Notes under the pieces: generated by a model
Databases searched by the model: none
What the model saw: only the letters and a program-made list of their open reading frames with translations
Told to the model about the DNA's origin: nothing
In this document: one piece after another, positions 25,989-39,174 of the stretch
How the letters are laid out: the number at the start of each line of letters is the position of its first letter
Position numbering within the stretch: the first letter of the stretch is position 1
Made by a program: the position numbers and the translations under genes
Virus record (IMG/VR): IMGVR_UViG_3300042691_052636
DNA length: 64,000 nt
DNA from: an uncultured virus (IMG/VR IMGVR_UViG_3300042691_052636)
Lineage: Duplodnaviria; Heunggongvirae; Uroviricota; Caudoviricetes
Strand: one strand, 5' to 3'

Positions 25989-26357
25989 ATGTCATACAAG
26001 TATTTTTTAGATTGGAAAGAAGTTGAGGAGGAATGGATTGGCACTGACTATATTTGGATAGATGTTGCGATATTAATAGAAGACACTGTTGGAGGTATAG
26101 TTGGAGGGGACCTTACTTTAGCTCTTGATGAAATGGATCCTTGGGAATCCATGAGAAAGAAGCTGATTAAGAAAAAGGTAGAAGAAGAGAAGATAAATAA
26201 ACTTTTAGAGGTTATTGTACAGGTGAAAGGAAAAGAGAAGAAATTACAAAAAGAGATAACGAAAACCGCTAAAATTACTATTGATGATATTCAAAAAACT
26301 TTGGATCTGTATAGTAAAAAACACATACAAGTGAAGGCAGAAATTAAAGAAAAATAA
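25989..26357 (+). CDS. Hypothetical protein
   Basis: ORF after GAATATATA. Confidence 0.65.
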   Translation: MSYKYFLDWKEVEEEWIGTDYIWIDVAILIEDTVGGIVGGDLTLALDEMDPWESMRKKLIKKKVEEEKINKLLEVIVQVKGKEKKLQKEITKTAKITIDDIQKTLDLYSKKHIQVKAEIKEK

Positions 26358-27019
26358 TGCAAAAATACGAGGATTGGAAACATAAAGGATCAAGTTCTGC
26401 AATTTTAGAAGCCTTGAACAGGGGATCTGGAAATAATGTTGCCACTTTTGGATCAGTAGATTCTTTTATTTCTGGAATTCTCGGACAATCGTTCAACAAA
26501 AATATTCCAGTTAGTTCTCAGTCTGAACAAGTCATTCAACAAAACACAAATATTCCTCCAAGGGAACACGAGGTTGAAAATCCACAGAATCACAGCCACA
26601 GTTCCAACCATGATAACATCCAAGACGATTTTGAAGAGGATGACCAAGAAATAGAATCGGAAAATACTGAAGATGAATCAGAATCTTCCTTATATAAAAT
26701 TTATCGAGACAAGGAAGAAGTTTTTGAATGTAACATCTCAGTACAGGGAGCAAAACTTTCATCTTCGCAAGTTCGATTGGTCTTTGATCATGAAATTTGC
26801 AATCTCGTTTTCTACGGTAAAATAAGTAAGGACGGAAAATGTGCGGTTGCACTTAAAAAAATGAATTTCTATCCAGAAAAATCAACGGGTCGTGTCAGAT
26901 TAGAAGTTATAGTTGATGACACTATTTTCATTCCTTGGGAAGAAACATTTATTGTGGAAGGAGCTAAAAAAGTAACAGTTCAAATCAAATCTCAGAAGAA
27001 AGTAGATATTAGATTTTGA
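26357..27019 (+). CDS. Hypothetical protein
   Basis: Translationally coupled ORF with acidic linker. Confidence 0.65.
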   Translation: MQKYEDWKHKGSSSAILEALNRGSGNNVATFGSVDSFISGILGQSFNKNIPVSSQSEQVIQQNTNIPPREHEVENPQNHSHSSNHDNIQDDFEEDDQEIESENTEDESESSLYKIYRDKEEVFECNISVQGAKLSSSQVRLVFDHEICNLVFYGKISKDGKCAVALKKMNFYPEKSTGRVRLEVIVDDTIFIPWEETFIVEGAKKVTVQIKSQKKVDIRF

Positions 27020-27032
27020 TATTCTGGACTGA

Positions 27033-30243
<3,211 letters not shown>

Positions 30244-30247
<4 letters not shown>

Positions 30248-30456
30248 TAGCATATTTAATAAATAAAAGGTGTGTTGGTAATGATGATTTCTTTGATCTT
30301 AATTTTTCTGACGACGAAAACAATCAACTCCAATTTAGTTTATCTGGTGTAATTTTTAGCCAACCATACACTACAATAGAAATGGAAGAAAGAGTAAGAG
30401 AGATAGCTTTGAATTTATATCCAGATCAAACTTTAACACAAATAGTAATTGAATAA
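30244..30456 (+). CDS. Small fibre-associated protein
   Basis: Short acidic ORF in the same position as 22582-22821. Confidence 0.55.
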
Positions 30457-33134
30457 TGGCAACTCTGGTCTCTGTACAAAGCGGTAATTTTCTAGATGCT
30501 TCAACTTGGGACGTTGTGAATGCAGCTTCTTTTTTGGATTCAGTTGTTGCCCCAGGAACAGTCACAACTACCCCAACTAACTCAACAGCTTTTACTCCTG
30601 GTGCAATTACAACTTCTGGAATTCTTATACAAATATTAAACACAACTACAAGTCCTTCCGGAACTTTTACTGTTGCTTTGTTTAACACGACTGCTGGTGC
30701 AGCAGTTGCTGGTGCAACTGTAACTGTTAACGTTTCGGATCTTCCCGCTGTTCTGAGTACTAGAACGGGAGCGAGAGGTTTAGGGTGGGCTTATTTCAAA
30801 TTTGCTTCTGATATAACATTATTAGCAGCAACTAACTATGCAGTAAGACTCTCTACCTCTGTTGCAAACCAAATTACAGTATACACGTCAGGGACAACAA
30901 ACTGGAGCAGGGGATTAGTTACAACTACTAATGCAGCTCCAGCAGCTACTGACGTATTAATTATTGCTGGAAATTACACTGGGGCGGGAACTAGTAACTC
31001 ATATGCGGTGACGATGAACCAAACATCCAGTGCAACTGTGTATGGCCAGATCTACATAGCAACAAAAGGCACTCTTCAATATCCCACAACAGCAGCAACT
31101 TACATACTTAGGTTGAGTGGTAACATGTTCGTCACTAGTGGGGGCACTTTAAAAATGGGAGATTCAACGAATCCGATTCCTAATGGTGGATTTGCAAGAT
31201 TAGAGCTAAATGTTACTTCAGCCAATCAATTCAGTCTTTTTATAAGTGGAGGAACTTTTATAACTTATGGGGAAGAAAAAAGCACAGGAATTAAATTAGC
31301 TGCAGATGCTTCTGCTGGTGCAACATCAATAACACTAAGTGCAACTCCAACTAACTGGAAATCCGGAGAGACTATCGTTTTAGCTTCAACATCTACAACT
31401 GCTGCTCAAGCTGAGATAAAAAACCTTGCTTCTGGAGTTAGTTCAACAACTGCTTCAATTGCAGCATTGACCAATGCACATTCAGGAAGTTCAAGTTCAT
31501 GGACTGAAGCAGATATAGCAAACCTAAATAGAAATGTAATTATTACTGTTGGGGCTACTACTACACTTTCAACGAATGTACAAATCACCGGACAAAATAC
31601 TGTTGTTAACTGTAAATACACGCAGTTTTTGCAATGTGCAGGAACAGCAGCGACAACAGCAGGAGTTAGTGTTGGGACCAATACAGGAAATGCTCAAGAT
31701 ATGAGTGTTGAAATTAGATATTGCTCGTTTTACCAATCAACCCCCCTCGCTTCAGGTCTTGGATTTTATCTTGGTACATCAGTGGCAGGTACTGGATCCT
31801 CCCTTATTTTTTCCGATAATGTTATCTACAATTACAGCGGAGCAGGAATAACTCTTCTTGCTGTAGCCGGTGTTGATAGTTTAACTTGGAGGAACAATTT
31901 CTTTGTAAGAAACGGAAGCTGTTTTGTTCAATACTGGATTGGATCTAGTGATGGAAATATATTTACCTCCTCCTCCAGTACTGGAGTGATTTTAAATACA
32001 TATTCGTCTGGCACAGCAAGATGCTATCCTATTGGTACTAATACTATTTTTGATAACTGGAGAATATATTCGAATGGTTCTTTTGGTGCACAATTTGGAG
32101 TTTCAGCAACAGTTGCGAGTGAATTTTCGGATAAAAGTGTCTTAACTATTCCAGGATGGAGGGTCTTCTATAATGCTGGAGGAACAGCAATAACTTTTGT
32201 CAATTATGACATGCTTTATTCTTCCTCACAAATAACTTTTGATTCTGCTTACATTTTTGGATCGAGTAATTCTTTAATAACTTACACCAATCTCATTAAT
32301 AGAGTTATTTTTAAAGATTGTTACCTTTGGAGAGACAGGAACGTTACTGTTGCAAGTGCTGTTTATCCACAAGCAAGTCAGGTTCCATCATACACAGATT
32401 ATATGCACTTCGTTGACTGTTCTTTTGCAATTTCTCCAACAGGTGGAACAAATGCCTTTAGCACTTCAATTTTCCGTTCAGACTATACTAGAGGTGGAAA
32501 TCTTATGGTCTCAAATCCACAATTTTTTGGAACTGTAAATTCAAGAAACAATTTCTTCAAGGGAACACCATACATACAAGGAATACAAGTTTTTAAAGAG
32601 AATGGTGTAACAGGAAGTAACACAATTTACACAAACCTTGGAAATATTTCAACAGACACAACTATATTTAGAACTTCAGCTCCATCAACAAGATTGACCC
32701 CCGCTTTTAGATATGGAATTTTGGCAAGTAACACTGTAAGAATTCCTGTAGTAGCAGGAGAGTCAAGCACAGTATCTGTTTGGGTAAGATTATCTACATT
32801 GGCAGATGGAGTCCAATATAACGGGATTAACCCAGAATTGGTTTATCGATTCAATAGTATGTCAAGTAATTTAGAAGATACTGTTGTTGCAACAGCATCT
32901 TCAACAGGTGGTGTTTGGCAACAATTAAGCTATACTGTTTCTGCAGTTCCGTTAGATACTGTATTAGAATTTTTTGTACAATGTGATGGAACTAATGGAT
33001 GGGTAAATGTTGATGATTGGGATACAAGTTCAGTTAATGATAGTAGAGGAGGAGTGTTTTTCTCTAATCTTGTTGGGGTTTATTCTGAGCCAGATTTCGG
33101 TGCAGGTGGTGCTTCTTATACTTTTATTAACTAA
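30456..33134 (+). CDS. Large virion/adhesin protein with G8-like and beta-helix regions
   Basis: SVQSGNFLDASTW start, GGTLKMG...PIP, WKSGETIVLAST, ANLNRNVII. Confidence 0.7.
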   Translation: MATLVSVQSGNFLDASTWDVVNAASFLDSVVAPGTVTTTPTNSTAFTPGAITTSGILIQILNTTTSPSGTFTVALFNTTAGAAVAGATVTVNVSDLPAVLSTRTGARGLGWAYFKFASDITLLAATNYAVRLSTSVANQITVYTSGTTNWSRGLVTTTNAAPAATDVLIIAGNYTGAGTSNSYAVTMNQTSSATVYGQIYIATKGTLQYPTTAATYILRLSGNMFVTSGGTLKMGDSTNPIPNGGFARLELNVTSANQFSLFISGGTFITYGEEKSTGIKLAADASAGATSITLSATPTNWKSGETIVLASTSTTAAQAEIKNLASGVSSTTASIAALTNAHSGSSSSWTEADIANLNRNVIITVGATTTLSTNVQITGQNTVVNCKYTQFLQCAGTAATTAGVSVGTNTGNAQDMSVEIRYCSFYQSTPLASGLGFYLGTSVAGTGSSLIFSDNVIYNYSGAGITLLAVAGVDSLTWRNNFFVRNGSCFVQYWIGSSDGNIFTSSSSTGVILNTYSSGTARCYPIGTNTIFDNWRIYSNGSFGAQFGVSATVASEFSDKSVLTIPGWRVFYNAGGTAITFVNYDMLYSSSQITFDSAYIFGSSNSLITYTNLINRVIFKDCYLWRDRNVTVASAVYPQASQVPSYTDYMHFVDCSFAISPTGGTNAFSTSIFRSDYTRGGNLMVSNPQFFGTVNSRNNFFKGTPYIQGIQVFKENGVTGSNTIYTNLGNISTDTTIFRTSAPSTRLTPAFRYGILASNTVRIPVVAGESSTVSVWVRLSTLADGVQYNGINPELVYRFNSMSSNLEDTVVATASSTGGVWQQLSYTVSAVPLDTVLEFFVQCDGTNGWVNVDDWDTSSVNDSRGGVFFSNLVGVYSEPDFGAGGASYTFIN

Positions 33135-33176
33135 ATCGAATTTTTTTTATAAATTGCACTAAAATTTATAAAAAAG

Positions 33177-33527
33177 ATGAAATATATTTTTTTACTTCTC
33201 TCCGTTTGTTTGCTTAGTTTTAATTTCCCTCCTAAGACAAAAAAAATCAACCTCATTGTCAATACCAGAAGTGTAAGTGATATAAGTTTACAATACCTCG
33301 AGAAAAATTTCAATCACACAGATTTCTCTGGTATTTTCACTTACGAAGTTAAAGAAGATCCCTGTTGTGATTCACCTTCCACAGAAGTTTATTTCCAAGG
33401 TTCCAGTTTAGGAGTTATTTACGGAATTCCTAATAAAAGTTTTTTAGAAAAGATCTTACCCATTTTAGAGGACCAAATTCTTGAGATAGATCGAATTGAG
33501 AAAGCAAGATCTTCTTTGGATAAATAA
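33177..33527 (+). CDS. Hypothetical exported protein
   Basis: Signal-peptide-like MKYIFLLLSVCLLSF. Confidence 0.55.
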   Translation: MKYIFLLLSVCLLSFNFPPKTKKINLIVNTRSVSDISLQYLEKNFNHTDFSGIFTYEVKEDPCCDSPSTEVYFQGSSLGVIYGIPNKSFLEKILPILEDQILEIDRIEKARSSLDK

Positions 33528-33530
33528 TAC

Positions 33531-33965
33531 ATGGAAATTAAAAAGTTCAGCAGTTTTATTCTAGAAAATGAATCTTCCGATAGACCTGAATCCTTCGAAT
33601 TTGTCAAGCGTGTTTCTAAAGGAGACTTTCTGATTTTAAAAGATAAGAAGACCAACAAGCTTTGGGCTTTTTATTATTCAGATTTTGATAAGAAAGATTT
33701 TGGTGAATATGCAGATGTTGAAAAAATCTATTATGGTACTGATGAAGACGGAGATCCTGATTGGGAATATGATTGGGAAAATTATGATCCCGATGATGAG
33801 GACATGGTACAGTTTGTAAATAACAACATCAAAAATTTACAGATAGGAAAAGGTCTGAGAGACTGGGAAGATGGTATAGAATTAGTAGAAATCAATCAAG
33901 CTTTGGCTCATGACTTTCTTTCTAACTTTTATGAGCTTTCTCCGAAAATATTAGGTTTAACATGA
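33531..33965 (+). CDS. Hypothetical acidic protein with capsid-targeting-like N-terminus
   Basis: MEIKKFSSFILENE; GATAAATA upstream. Confidence 0.65.
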   Translation: MEIKKFSSFILENESSDRPESFEFVKRVSKGDFLILKDKKTNKLWAFYYSDFDKKDFGEYADVEKIYYGTDEDGDPDWEYDWENYDPDDEDMVQFVNNNIKNLQIGKGLRDWEDGIELVEINQALAHDFLSNFYELSPKILGLT

Positions 33966-34216
33966 AACACATCAAACTCTTTGAAAATTCGGGACAATCA
34001 AAATACAAGGATTTCTCTGATTCTGAAGTTGCTTATTATCAAAGACTTTGGGATTTTTTGCATTTCAAATACCGCACAAATAAATTCTTTTCTAGTCTTT
34101 GGGATAAAGTCACAAGTAAAAAAAGGTTGACTAAAAACCAGTGGATAGAGCTTGAATTCCTTCTTAAGAACGGCAAAAGCCGTTATGAAGCGGGTATGCT
34201 TCCTTCGAATTATTAA
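33962..34216 (+). CDS. Hypothetical protein with capsid-targeting-like N-terminus
   Basis: MKHIKLFEN. Confidence 0.6.
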   Translation: MKHIKLFENSGQSKYKDFSDSEVAYYQRLWDFLHFKYRTNKFFSSLWDKVTSKKRLTKNQWIELEFLLKNGKSRYEAGMLPSNY

Positions 34217-34256
34217 TTAGAAACGAAACTTTATTAGCTTCTAGTGTAAAAAATTT

Positions 34257-34463
34257 ATGCCTAGCAAATATAGATTTTTCTTTCACTATAGGAAACAAAC
34301 GGGAGGTATGACTGTTCACTTCAGAGGTCAGTGTATACCAATTCGTGATGTTGAATGTAAAGTGAAATGTGAAACTAAAAGGAATAAAACTCAGCCCTAT
34401 CTTGTCTTGCAAGGCTTTTGTTCAGATGTGATAGTAGAGGGAGAAAGAGCAATTATAGTTTAA
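34257..34463 (+). CDS. Small hypothetical phage protein
   Basis: FFFHYRKQTGGMTVHFRGQC...QPYLVLQG. Confidence 0.6.
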   Translation: MPSKYRFFFHYRKQTGGMTVHFRGQCIPIRDVECKVKCETKRNKTQPYLVLQGFCSDVIVEGERAIIV

Positions 34464-35083
34464 TGGTTAGACAAAGAAACTGGGGAAAATCAAATGCTTT
34501 TTCGGAAGGACACAGAACTTGTTTGCCTGGCAATTTCTGTCTTTGGGACATAGATGGTTTTTTATTAGATGAAAACAGAGATCCTTGTGCAATCTATGAA
34601 GGAAAATACAAAATGCTTTCCAAAGATAGAGGAGATTTTATAGATTCATTTTACAATCCTAGGAATTTACAAGCATCTTTTTTAATTAAACTTTCCCACA
34701 TTTTACCCGTTTGGATTTGTGAAGAATCATCCAATCTTTGGTGGAAAGTCAATAACGGAAAATTAGAAAAAACAAATAATCCAAACCTGGATATTATAAA
34801 CACCGAAAATCGTGTTTATGTTGAGGATATTCTGAATAGGACTATCGGAGAAAATTCTTTCACTGGTGTTTTCGTTCGTACTGAGGGTGAAAAGGTTTGT
34901 GAGTTAGATCCTTTTGGAGCTTATTTGTCATTCAGATTGAAAGTACATAAGATTCTTGTTAATGATATCTTTGAGGACAACACCGTGTACTTTAAAAATA
35001 ATGATGTGGTTGTAAAGTCAAGTTTAGATGAATCTCAATCTGGAAATTGGTATCAAGATTGGATAGATTTAGGAATTCTTTAA
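34463..35083 (+). CDS. Possible PD-(D/E)XK nuclease-fold protein
   Basis: WDIDGF...AIYEGKY...Q pattern; start coupled to upstream stop (TAATG). Confidence 0.45.
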   Translation: MVRQRNWGKSNAFSEGHRTCLPGNFCLWDIDGFLLDENRDPCAIYEGKYKMLSKDRGDFIDSFYNPRNLQASFLIKLSHILPVWICEESSNLWWKVNNGKLEKTNNPNLDIINTENRVYVEDILNRTIGENSFTGVFVRTEGEKVCELDPFGAYLSFRLKVHKILVNDIFEDNTVYFKNNDVVVKSSLDESQSGNWYQDWIDLGIL

Positions 35084-35823
35084 TCTTGTTGGATATTTGA
35101 CTCCAAGAATTGCTCGAAATCCACTTCTACATCTTCCCAAAAAGTATCAATTCTATTTTTAACCTTCTCAAGCTCTTTTTCTAAAAAAACTAATCTCTTG
35201 TAATATCCATCAAGAATAACTTTAACATTGTTGCTTTCCTCTTCAGCAGATATTATGTCTTGTGATACCGGTTCAGTTCCTATTCTTCTTAGAAATCTAT
35301 ATGCTGGATTGGATGCTTGTTTAAGCTCTTGATAAAGCTCAAAATCCTCTTCGCTGATTTCTTCGGTCAGGTCGTTTAGATGATTTACTCTTTCTTGGAT
35401 CCAATCTTCGGGTTCATCAAATAAGTAATCCCTATATTTGAGAAAAAGCCAACCTCCACTTCTCCCCGCTTGACTCCAGGCCTCAAAAAATCTAGATGAG
35501 TCAATTATATCGTCCGCTTGTATTTGAAGATTGTCAGAAAGAAAAGTATCCCACATTTGATAGATGTAATCAAGGTCAACATTATATGTTTTCCGGAGCT
35601 TCTCAAATTCTGGCCAAGTTCTAGTCTTGATGTTAAATTCAAAAGAATCTGAATTTTTCCTGCCATTATATGAGTAGTCTTTTTGGATTTTTTCAGCTTT
35701 TAAAACTACTTTTTCTATTTTGTCCATAATCTCAGGAACCCAGTCAAATCTTGTATCTAGATCAAAGTCTTCAGGCTTCATTCCTTGTGATTCATTAAGA
35801 TAATCTGCAAACCTCTTTATCAT
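35080..35823 (-). CDS. Hypothetical protein with capsid-targeting-like N-terminus
   Basis: MIKRFADYLNES; GRSGGWL motif; GATATATA upstream on minus strand. Confidence 0.65.
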   Translation of the reverse strand: MIKRFADYLNESQGMKPEDFDLDTRFDWVPEIMDKIEKVVLKAEKIQKDYSYNGRKNSDSFEFNIKTRTWPEFEKLRKTYNVDLDYIYQMWDTFLSDNLQIQADDIIDSSRFFEAWSQAGRSGGWLFLKYRDYLFDEPEDWIQERVNHLNDLTEEISEEDFELYQELKQASNPAYRFLRRIGTEPVSQDIISAEEESNNVKVILDGYYKRLVFLEKELEKVKNRIDTFWEDVEVDFEQFLESNIQQD

Positions 35824-35848
35824 GAAACTATATATCAAGCAATTTACT

Positions 35849-36346
35849 ATGATGAACATGGACCCACTTTTTGCAGGTAGATTAATCAGAACTTATAGTG
35901 GTCATTATTTTGATGTCTTTGACCCTAATCCTGATCATCTTGAGATAATAGATATTGCTCATTCATTATCCCTGTTATGCAGATTTGCAGGACATATAAA
36001 GAGCTTTTATTCAGTTGCTGAACATTCCATTTGGGTTTCAGAAAAAGTCTCAAAACAGCACGCTTTACAAGCTTTATTACATGATGCCAGTGAAGCATAC
36101 TTAATTGATTTACCAAAACCCATAAAAGACGAGATTCCACAATACTTGGAGGTTGAGGATAAGCTCATGAAGGTTATCGGTAAAAAATTTGGATTTGATT
36201 ATCCTCTTTGTGATGAAGTAAAGCTTTATGATAGGGAGGCCTTATTTTTTGAATGGGAAAATAAAGTACTGAGCGACAACTTTCAATCAATGGATTCAGA
36301 AACAGCCAAGAAACAATTTTTAGAAATTTACTACAAAATAAAATAA
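35849..36346 (+). CDS. HD-domain 5'-deoxynucleotidase/phosphohydrolase (YfbR/YfdR-like)
   Basis: DIAHSLSLLCRFAGH, YSVAEHS, ALLHDASEAYLIDLPKPIK. Confidence 0.85.
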   Translation: MMNMDPLFAGRLIRTYSGHYFDVFDPNPDHLEIIDIAHSLSLLCRFAGHIKSFYSVAEHSIWVSEKVSKQHALQALLHDASEAYLIDLPKPIKDEIPQYLEVEDKLMKVIGKKFGFDYPLCDEVKLYDREALFFEWENKVLSDNFQSMDSETAKKQFLEIYYKIK

Positions 36347-36352
36347 AAATTT

Positions 36353-36628
36353 ATGCCTAAAAGTAGAGTAAGAAAGAAAAATGGTAAAAAGGTAAAACAT
36401 ACACCTAAACCAAAAGGCTTGTCAAAAACTAAGATGAAAAAACTCATGGAGATGATTCAAAGCCAAAATAAATCTTCAGAAGGAGGTGCAGTTTCTGAGA
36501 TTAGATCGGAAAATGAATCATTAGAAATATCTAGCGATTTCACAAAAAAATTAAACGTAAATCCAAGTAGTGAAATCGATTTATCAGGTCCGTCTTTAAG
36601 TGAAATTGACGAAAAAATAAGTGAATAA
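36353..36628 (+). CDS. Hypothetical protein with basic N-terminus
   Basis: MPKSRVRKKNGKK. Confidence 0.55.
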   Translation: MPKSRVRKKNGKKVKHTPKPKGLSKTKMKKLMEMIQSQNKSSEGGAVSEIRSENESLEISSDFTKKLNVNPSSEIDLSGPSLSEIDEKISE

Positions 36629-36683
36629 AGATTGAAGTTCAAAGTCTTTGAGGTTATATAGACTACTAAATAACTCAAACAAA

Positions 36684-36998
36684 ATGAATAGTCTTAAAGA
36701 CCAAGAACTAGAAAAAGTAATTGATTCTTCACAGAAATCTTTTATCCTATTTTCTGCAGATTGGTGTGGACCTTGCAAAATTATAAAACCAACATTGGAG
36801 AAAGTGTCAGAAGAATTTCAAAACGATTTCAATTTCGTAAAGGCAGATGTTGGAGAGGCTCAACTAACAACTAAAAAGTTTGGAATTAAAAATATTCCAA
36901 CATGTGTGATCACCAGTGAGGGTAAAGAAGTTGCTAGATTTTCAGGAGTAAAATCAGAAGATCAAATAAAAATTTTCCTCCAGGAGAATCTAAATTGA
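36684..36998 (+). CDS. trxA: Thioredoxin
   Basis: FSADWCGPCK, IKNIPT. Confidence 0.9.
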   Translation: MNSLKDQELEKVIDSSQKSFILFSADWCGPCKIIKPTLEKVSEEFQNDFNFVKADVGEAQLTTKKFGIKNIPTCVITSEGKEVARFSGVKSEDQIKIFLQENLN

Positions 36999-37056
36999 AA
37001 CTTTGTATTACATTAGCGGTATCAAAATAAAACGTTCTTTCATTTCTTATTCTTTT

Positions 37057-37272
37057 TTTCTTGAAGCGGTTTAGAAGGATACTCCACAATTACGCAAAAA
37101 AAGCTGAGTATTAATCCCCAAGATTAGTACAAGGCACAAAGGTTTTAGTAGTGCTACAGAAAAAACGCCTGCAAAGGAAAACCACAGTAGATCGGGTCAT
37201 TATACCGGCCTAGAAATTAGGGTACGACTAGCTAACGTAATTAGCAATCCCTTTTAAAGATTTCTCAAGAAA
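37057..37272 (+). ncRNA. Candidate Y-RNA-like structured RNA 1
   Basis: TTTCTTGA/TCAAGAAA and TTTAGAAGG/CCTTTTAAA stems around an AGCGG/GATTTC internal loop, enclosing a multibranched interior; upstream of TROVE. Confidence 0.6.
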
Positions 37273-37285
37273 CAAAGAAATAACT

Positions 37286-37356
37286 AAATCTGAAGCGGTG
37301 TTTTGGGATACTTCACTTATTATCGAAAAAAACCCAAAACTAATATTCTCGGATTT
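37286..37356 (+). ncRNA. Candidate Y-RNA-like structured RNA 2
   Basis: AAATCTGA/TCGGATTT and GTTTTGGG/CCCAAAAC stems; same TGAAGCGGT..GGATACTYCAC..TTCTC motif as RNA 1; followed by a T run. Confidence 0.6.
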
Positions 37357-37390
37357 TTTTTAAAGACTAGCAATAGTCATAAAAATTCTG

Positions 37391-37431
37391 GGATCTAAGT
37401 GTGAGATTTTTCACATTCTAGATCCTTTTTT
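37391..37431 (+). terminator. Intrinsic terminator-like hairpin between ncRNAs and TROVE gene
   Basis: GGATCTA-AGTGTGA...TCACATT-C-TAGATCC followed by TTTTTT. Confidence 0.7.
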
Positions 37432-37457
37432 ATTGTGTAATTTAAACCACAACTCTC

Positions 37458-39080
37458 ATGTCTAAATTAAGCGAATTTGGTATTAAAGAAACAGCTTTGT
37501 CTAGAAAAAACTCTGGAGACAAAGTTCAGAATTTCATGTCAGGAACATCTTACAAGATTTCTCCTTTACAAACATTGAAAATTGTAGCAGCTTCTTCGAT
37601 TTTTGGAGAACCTCAATATTATCGGGATGGGATCAATTCTAATGCTACAATCAAAAATATCTCTACGATTATAGACCATTCAATTTTCCCGGATCTATTC
37701 AAAGATAAAAGATCTGCAGTGGATGTTTTTGAGCAGGCAATCGACAATTCGCTTTCTTTTGATTTCCAAGCTACATTGGACTTAGCCCTAGAACTCAGGA
37801 CTGAATATCTTATGAGATTAAACCCTTCGGTTATATTTGTTAGGGCACTTTCTCACGAGAGCAGGAAATCTTTTAATGAGATGAATCCTGGTTATATGAA
37901 AAACATCGGGAAGAAAATTGCAGAAAGACCTGATGACTTAACTAACCAGTTTGACTATTACATGTTTAAGAATGGAACAAAATCAAAGCTTCCATCCTTA
38001 ATTAAACGTACATGGGCGGAAAGATTAGAAGAGTATAGCAGATATCAGCTCAACAAGTACAAGGGCAAAAAACTCATTGACCTAGTAAGAATATCTCATG
38101 CTTCTAATGATGACATCAGTGAGCTTATGACAACTGGTAAGCTCAATATTTTAGAAACTGAAATGACCTGGGAAAGTCTTAAGTCTGCAGGTAAAAACTG
38201 GCAAGAGATTTTGAAGCAAATTACAGTTCCTCATATGGCTCTTCTGAAAAACCTAAGAGGAATTTTCAAAGAGATATCAGATCTTGATACCACCGTTAAA
38301 ATTCTAGATGGATTAAAATCTGGAGTTTTGAAAGGAAAGCAATTCCCATTTAGATATTGGTCAGCTTATAAAGCAGTTAAGTCTTCAGAAGAAGTAAACA
38401 ACAAAAGACTAATACTTGATGCTTTAGAAGAATGCTTAGATATAGCAGTAGCAAATATGCCTAAGCTTAAGGGTAAAGTTGCTTGTCTGTCTGACAATTC
38501 AGGTTCTGCTTGGGGATCTTGTCAGAGTGAATATGGATCAGTTACCGTAGCAGAAATTGCAAACCTTTCTTCTTTAATTACTGCAATGCAAGCAGACCAA
38601 GGTCTTGTTGGTGTTTTTGGTGATAAACTTTCATTAGAAGAGATCTCTAAAAGAAATGGTCTACTCACACAACTGGAAGAGACATCACAAAGAGGAAAAA
38701 TGCAAGGGGGATCTACTGAGAATGGTATTTGGGTATTTTGGGATCAAGCCATCACAGAAAAGATTCACTACGATACGGTCTTCATTTACTCTGATATGCA
38801 AGCGGGACACGGTGGTCTTTTCGGATTTTCAAACACTGTTGGCAGATCTCCTTATGGAACAACTAGTTCATCCACACACGTAGATGTTTTAAAGATGGTT
38901 GAAGTTTACAGAAAGAAGGTGAATCCTAAAGTAAATGTCTTCTCTGTTCAGGTTGCTGGATACGATAATTCAGTTCTTCCAGAAAATCTTTATAGAGGTG
39001 CAATTTTATCAGGTTGGACAGGAAAAGAACCTGTCTTTGCAAAAGCAATTATTGACATTTGGGATTCTATAGAATCCTGA
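37458..39080 (+). CDS. TROVE domain (Ro60/Rsr-like) RNA-binding protein with vWA domain
   Basis: NFMSG, GEPQYY, LIDLVRISH, ETEMTWE, PHMALLKNLR, QFPFRYWSAY, MIDAS-like DNSGS, YSDMQ. Confidence 0.9.
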   Translation: MSKLSEFGIKETALSRKNSGDKVQNFMSGTSYKISPLQTLKIVAASSIFGEPQYYRDGINSNATIKNISTIIDHSIFPDLFKDKRSAVDVFEQAIDNSLSFDFQATLDLALELRTEYLMRLNPSVIFVRALSHESRKSFNEMNPGYMKNIGKKIAERPDDLTNQFDYYMFKNGTKSKLPSLIKRTWAERLEEYSRYQLNKYKGKKLIDLVRISHASNDDISELMTTGKLNILETEMTWESLKSAGKNWQEILKQITVPHMALLKNLRGIFKEISDLDTTVKILDGLKSGVLKGKQFPFRYWSAYKAVKSSEEVNNKRLILDALEECLDIAVANMPKLKGKVACLSDNSGSAWGSCQSEYGSVTVAEIANLSSLITAMQADQGLVGVFGDKLSLEEISKRNGLLTQLEETSQRGKMQGGSTENGIWVFWDQAITEKIHYDTVFIYSDMQAGHGGLFGFSNTVGRSPYGTTSSSTHVDVLKMVEVYRKKVNPKVNVFSVQVAGYDNSVLPENLYRGAILSGWTGKEPVFAKAIIDIWDSIES

Positions 39081-39100
39081 GTTTTTGTGCCATATCAACC

Positions 39101-39125
39101 AAATCCCGCTCAGGCGGGATTTTTT
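39101..39125 (+). terminator. Intrinsic terminator
   Basis: AAATCCCGC-TCAG-GCGGGATTT plus T run. Confidence 0.85.
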
Positions 39126-39174
39126 GTTTCTCTAAGATACATATGTAGACAAAACTAAATAATCTTATCAAAAC

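Noticed and set aside
37081..37250. Interior of ncRNA 1 as a tRNA, tmRNA or group I intron
   Set aside because: No TTCRA T-loop, CCA end, tag ORF or intron core motifs could be identified
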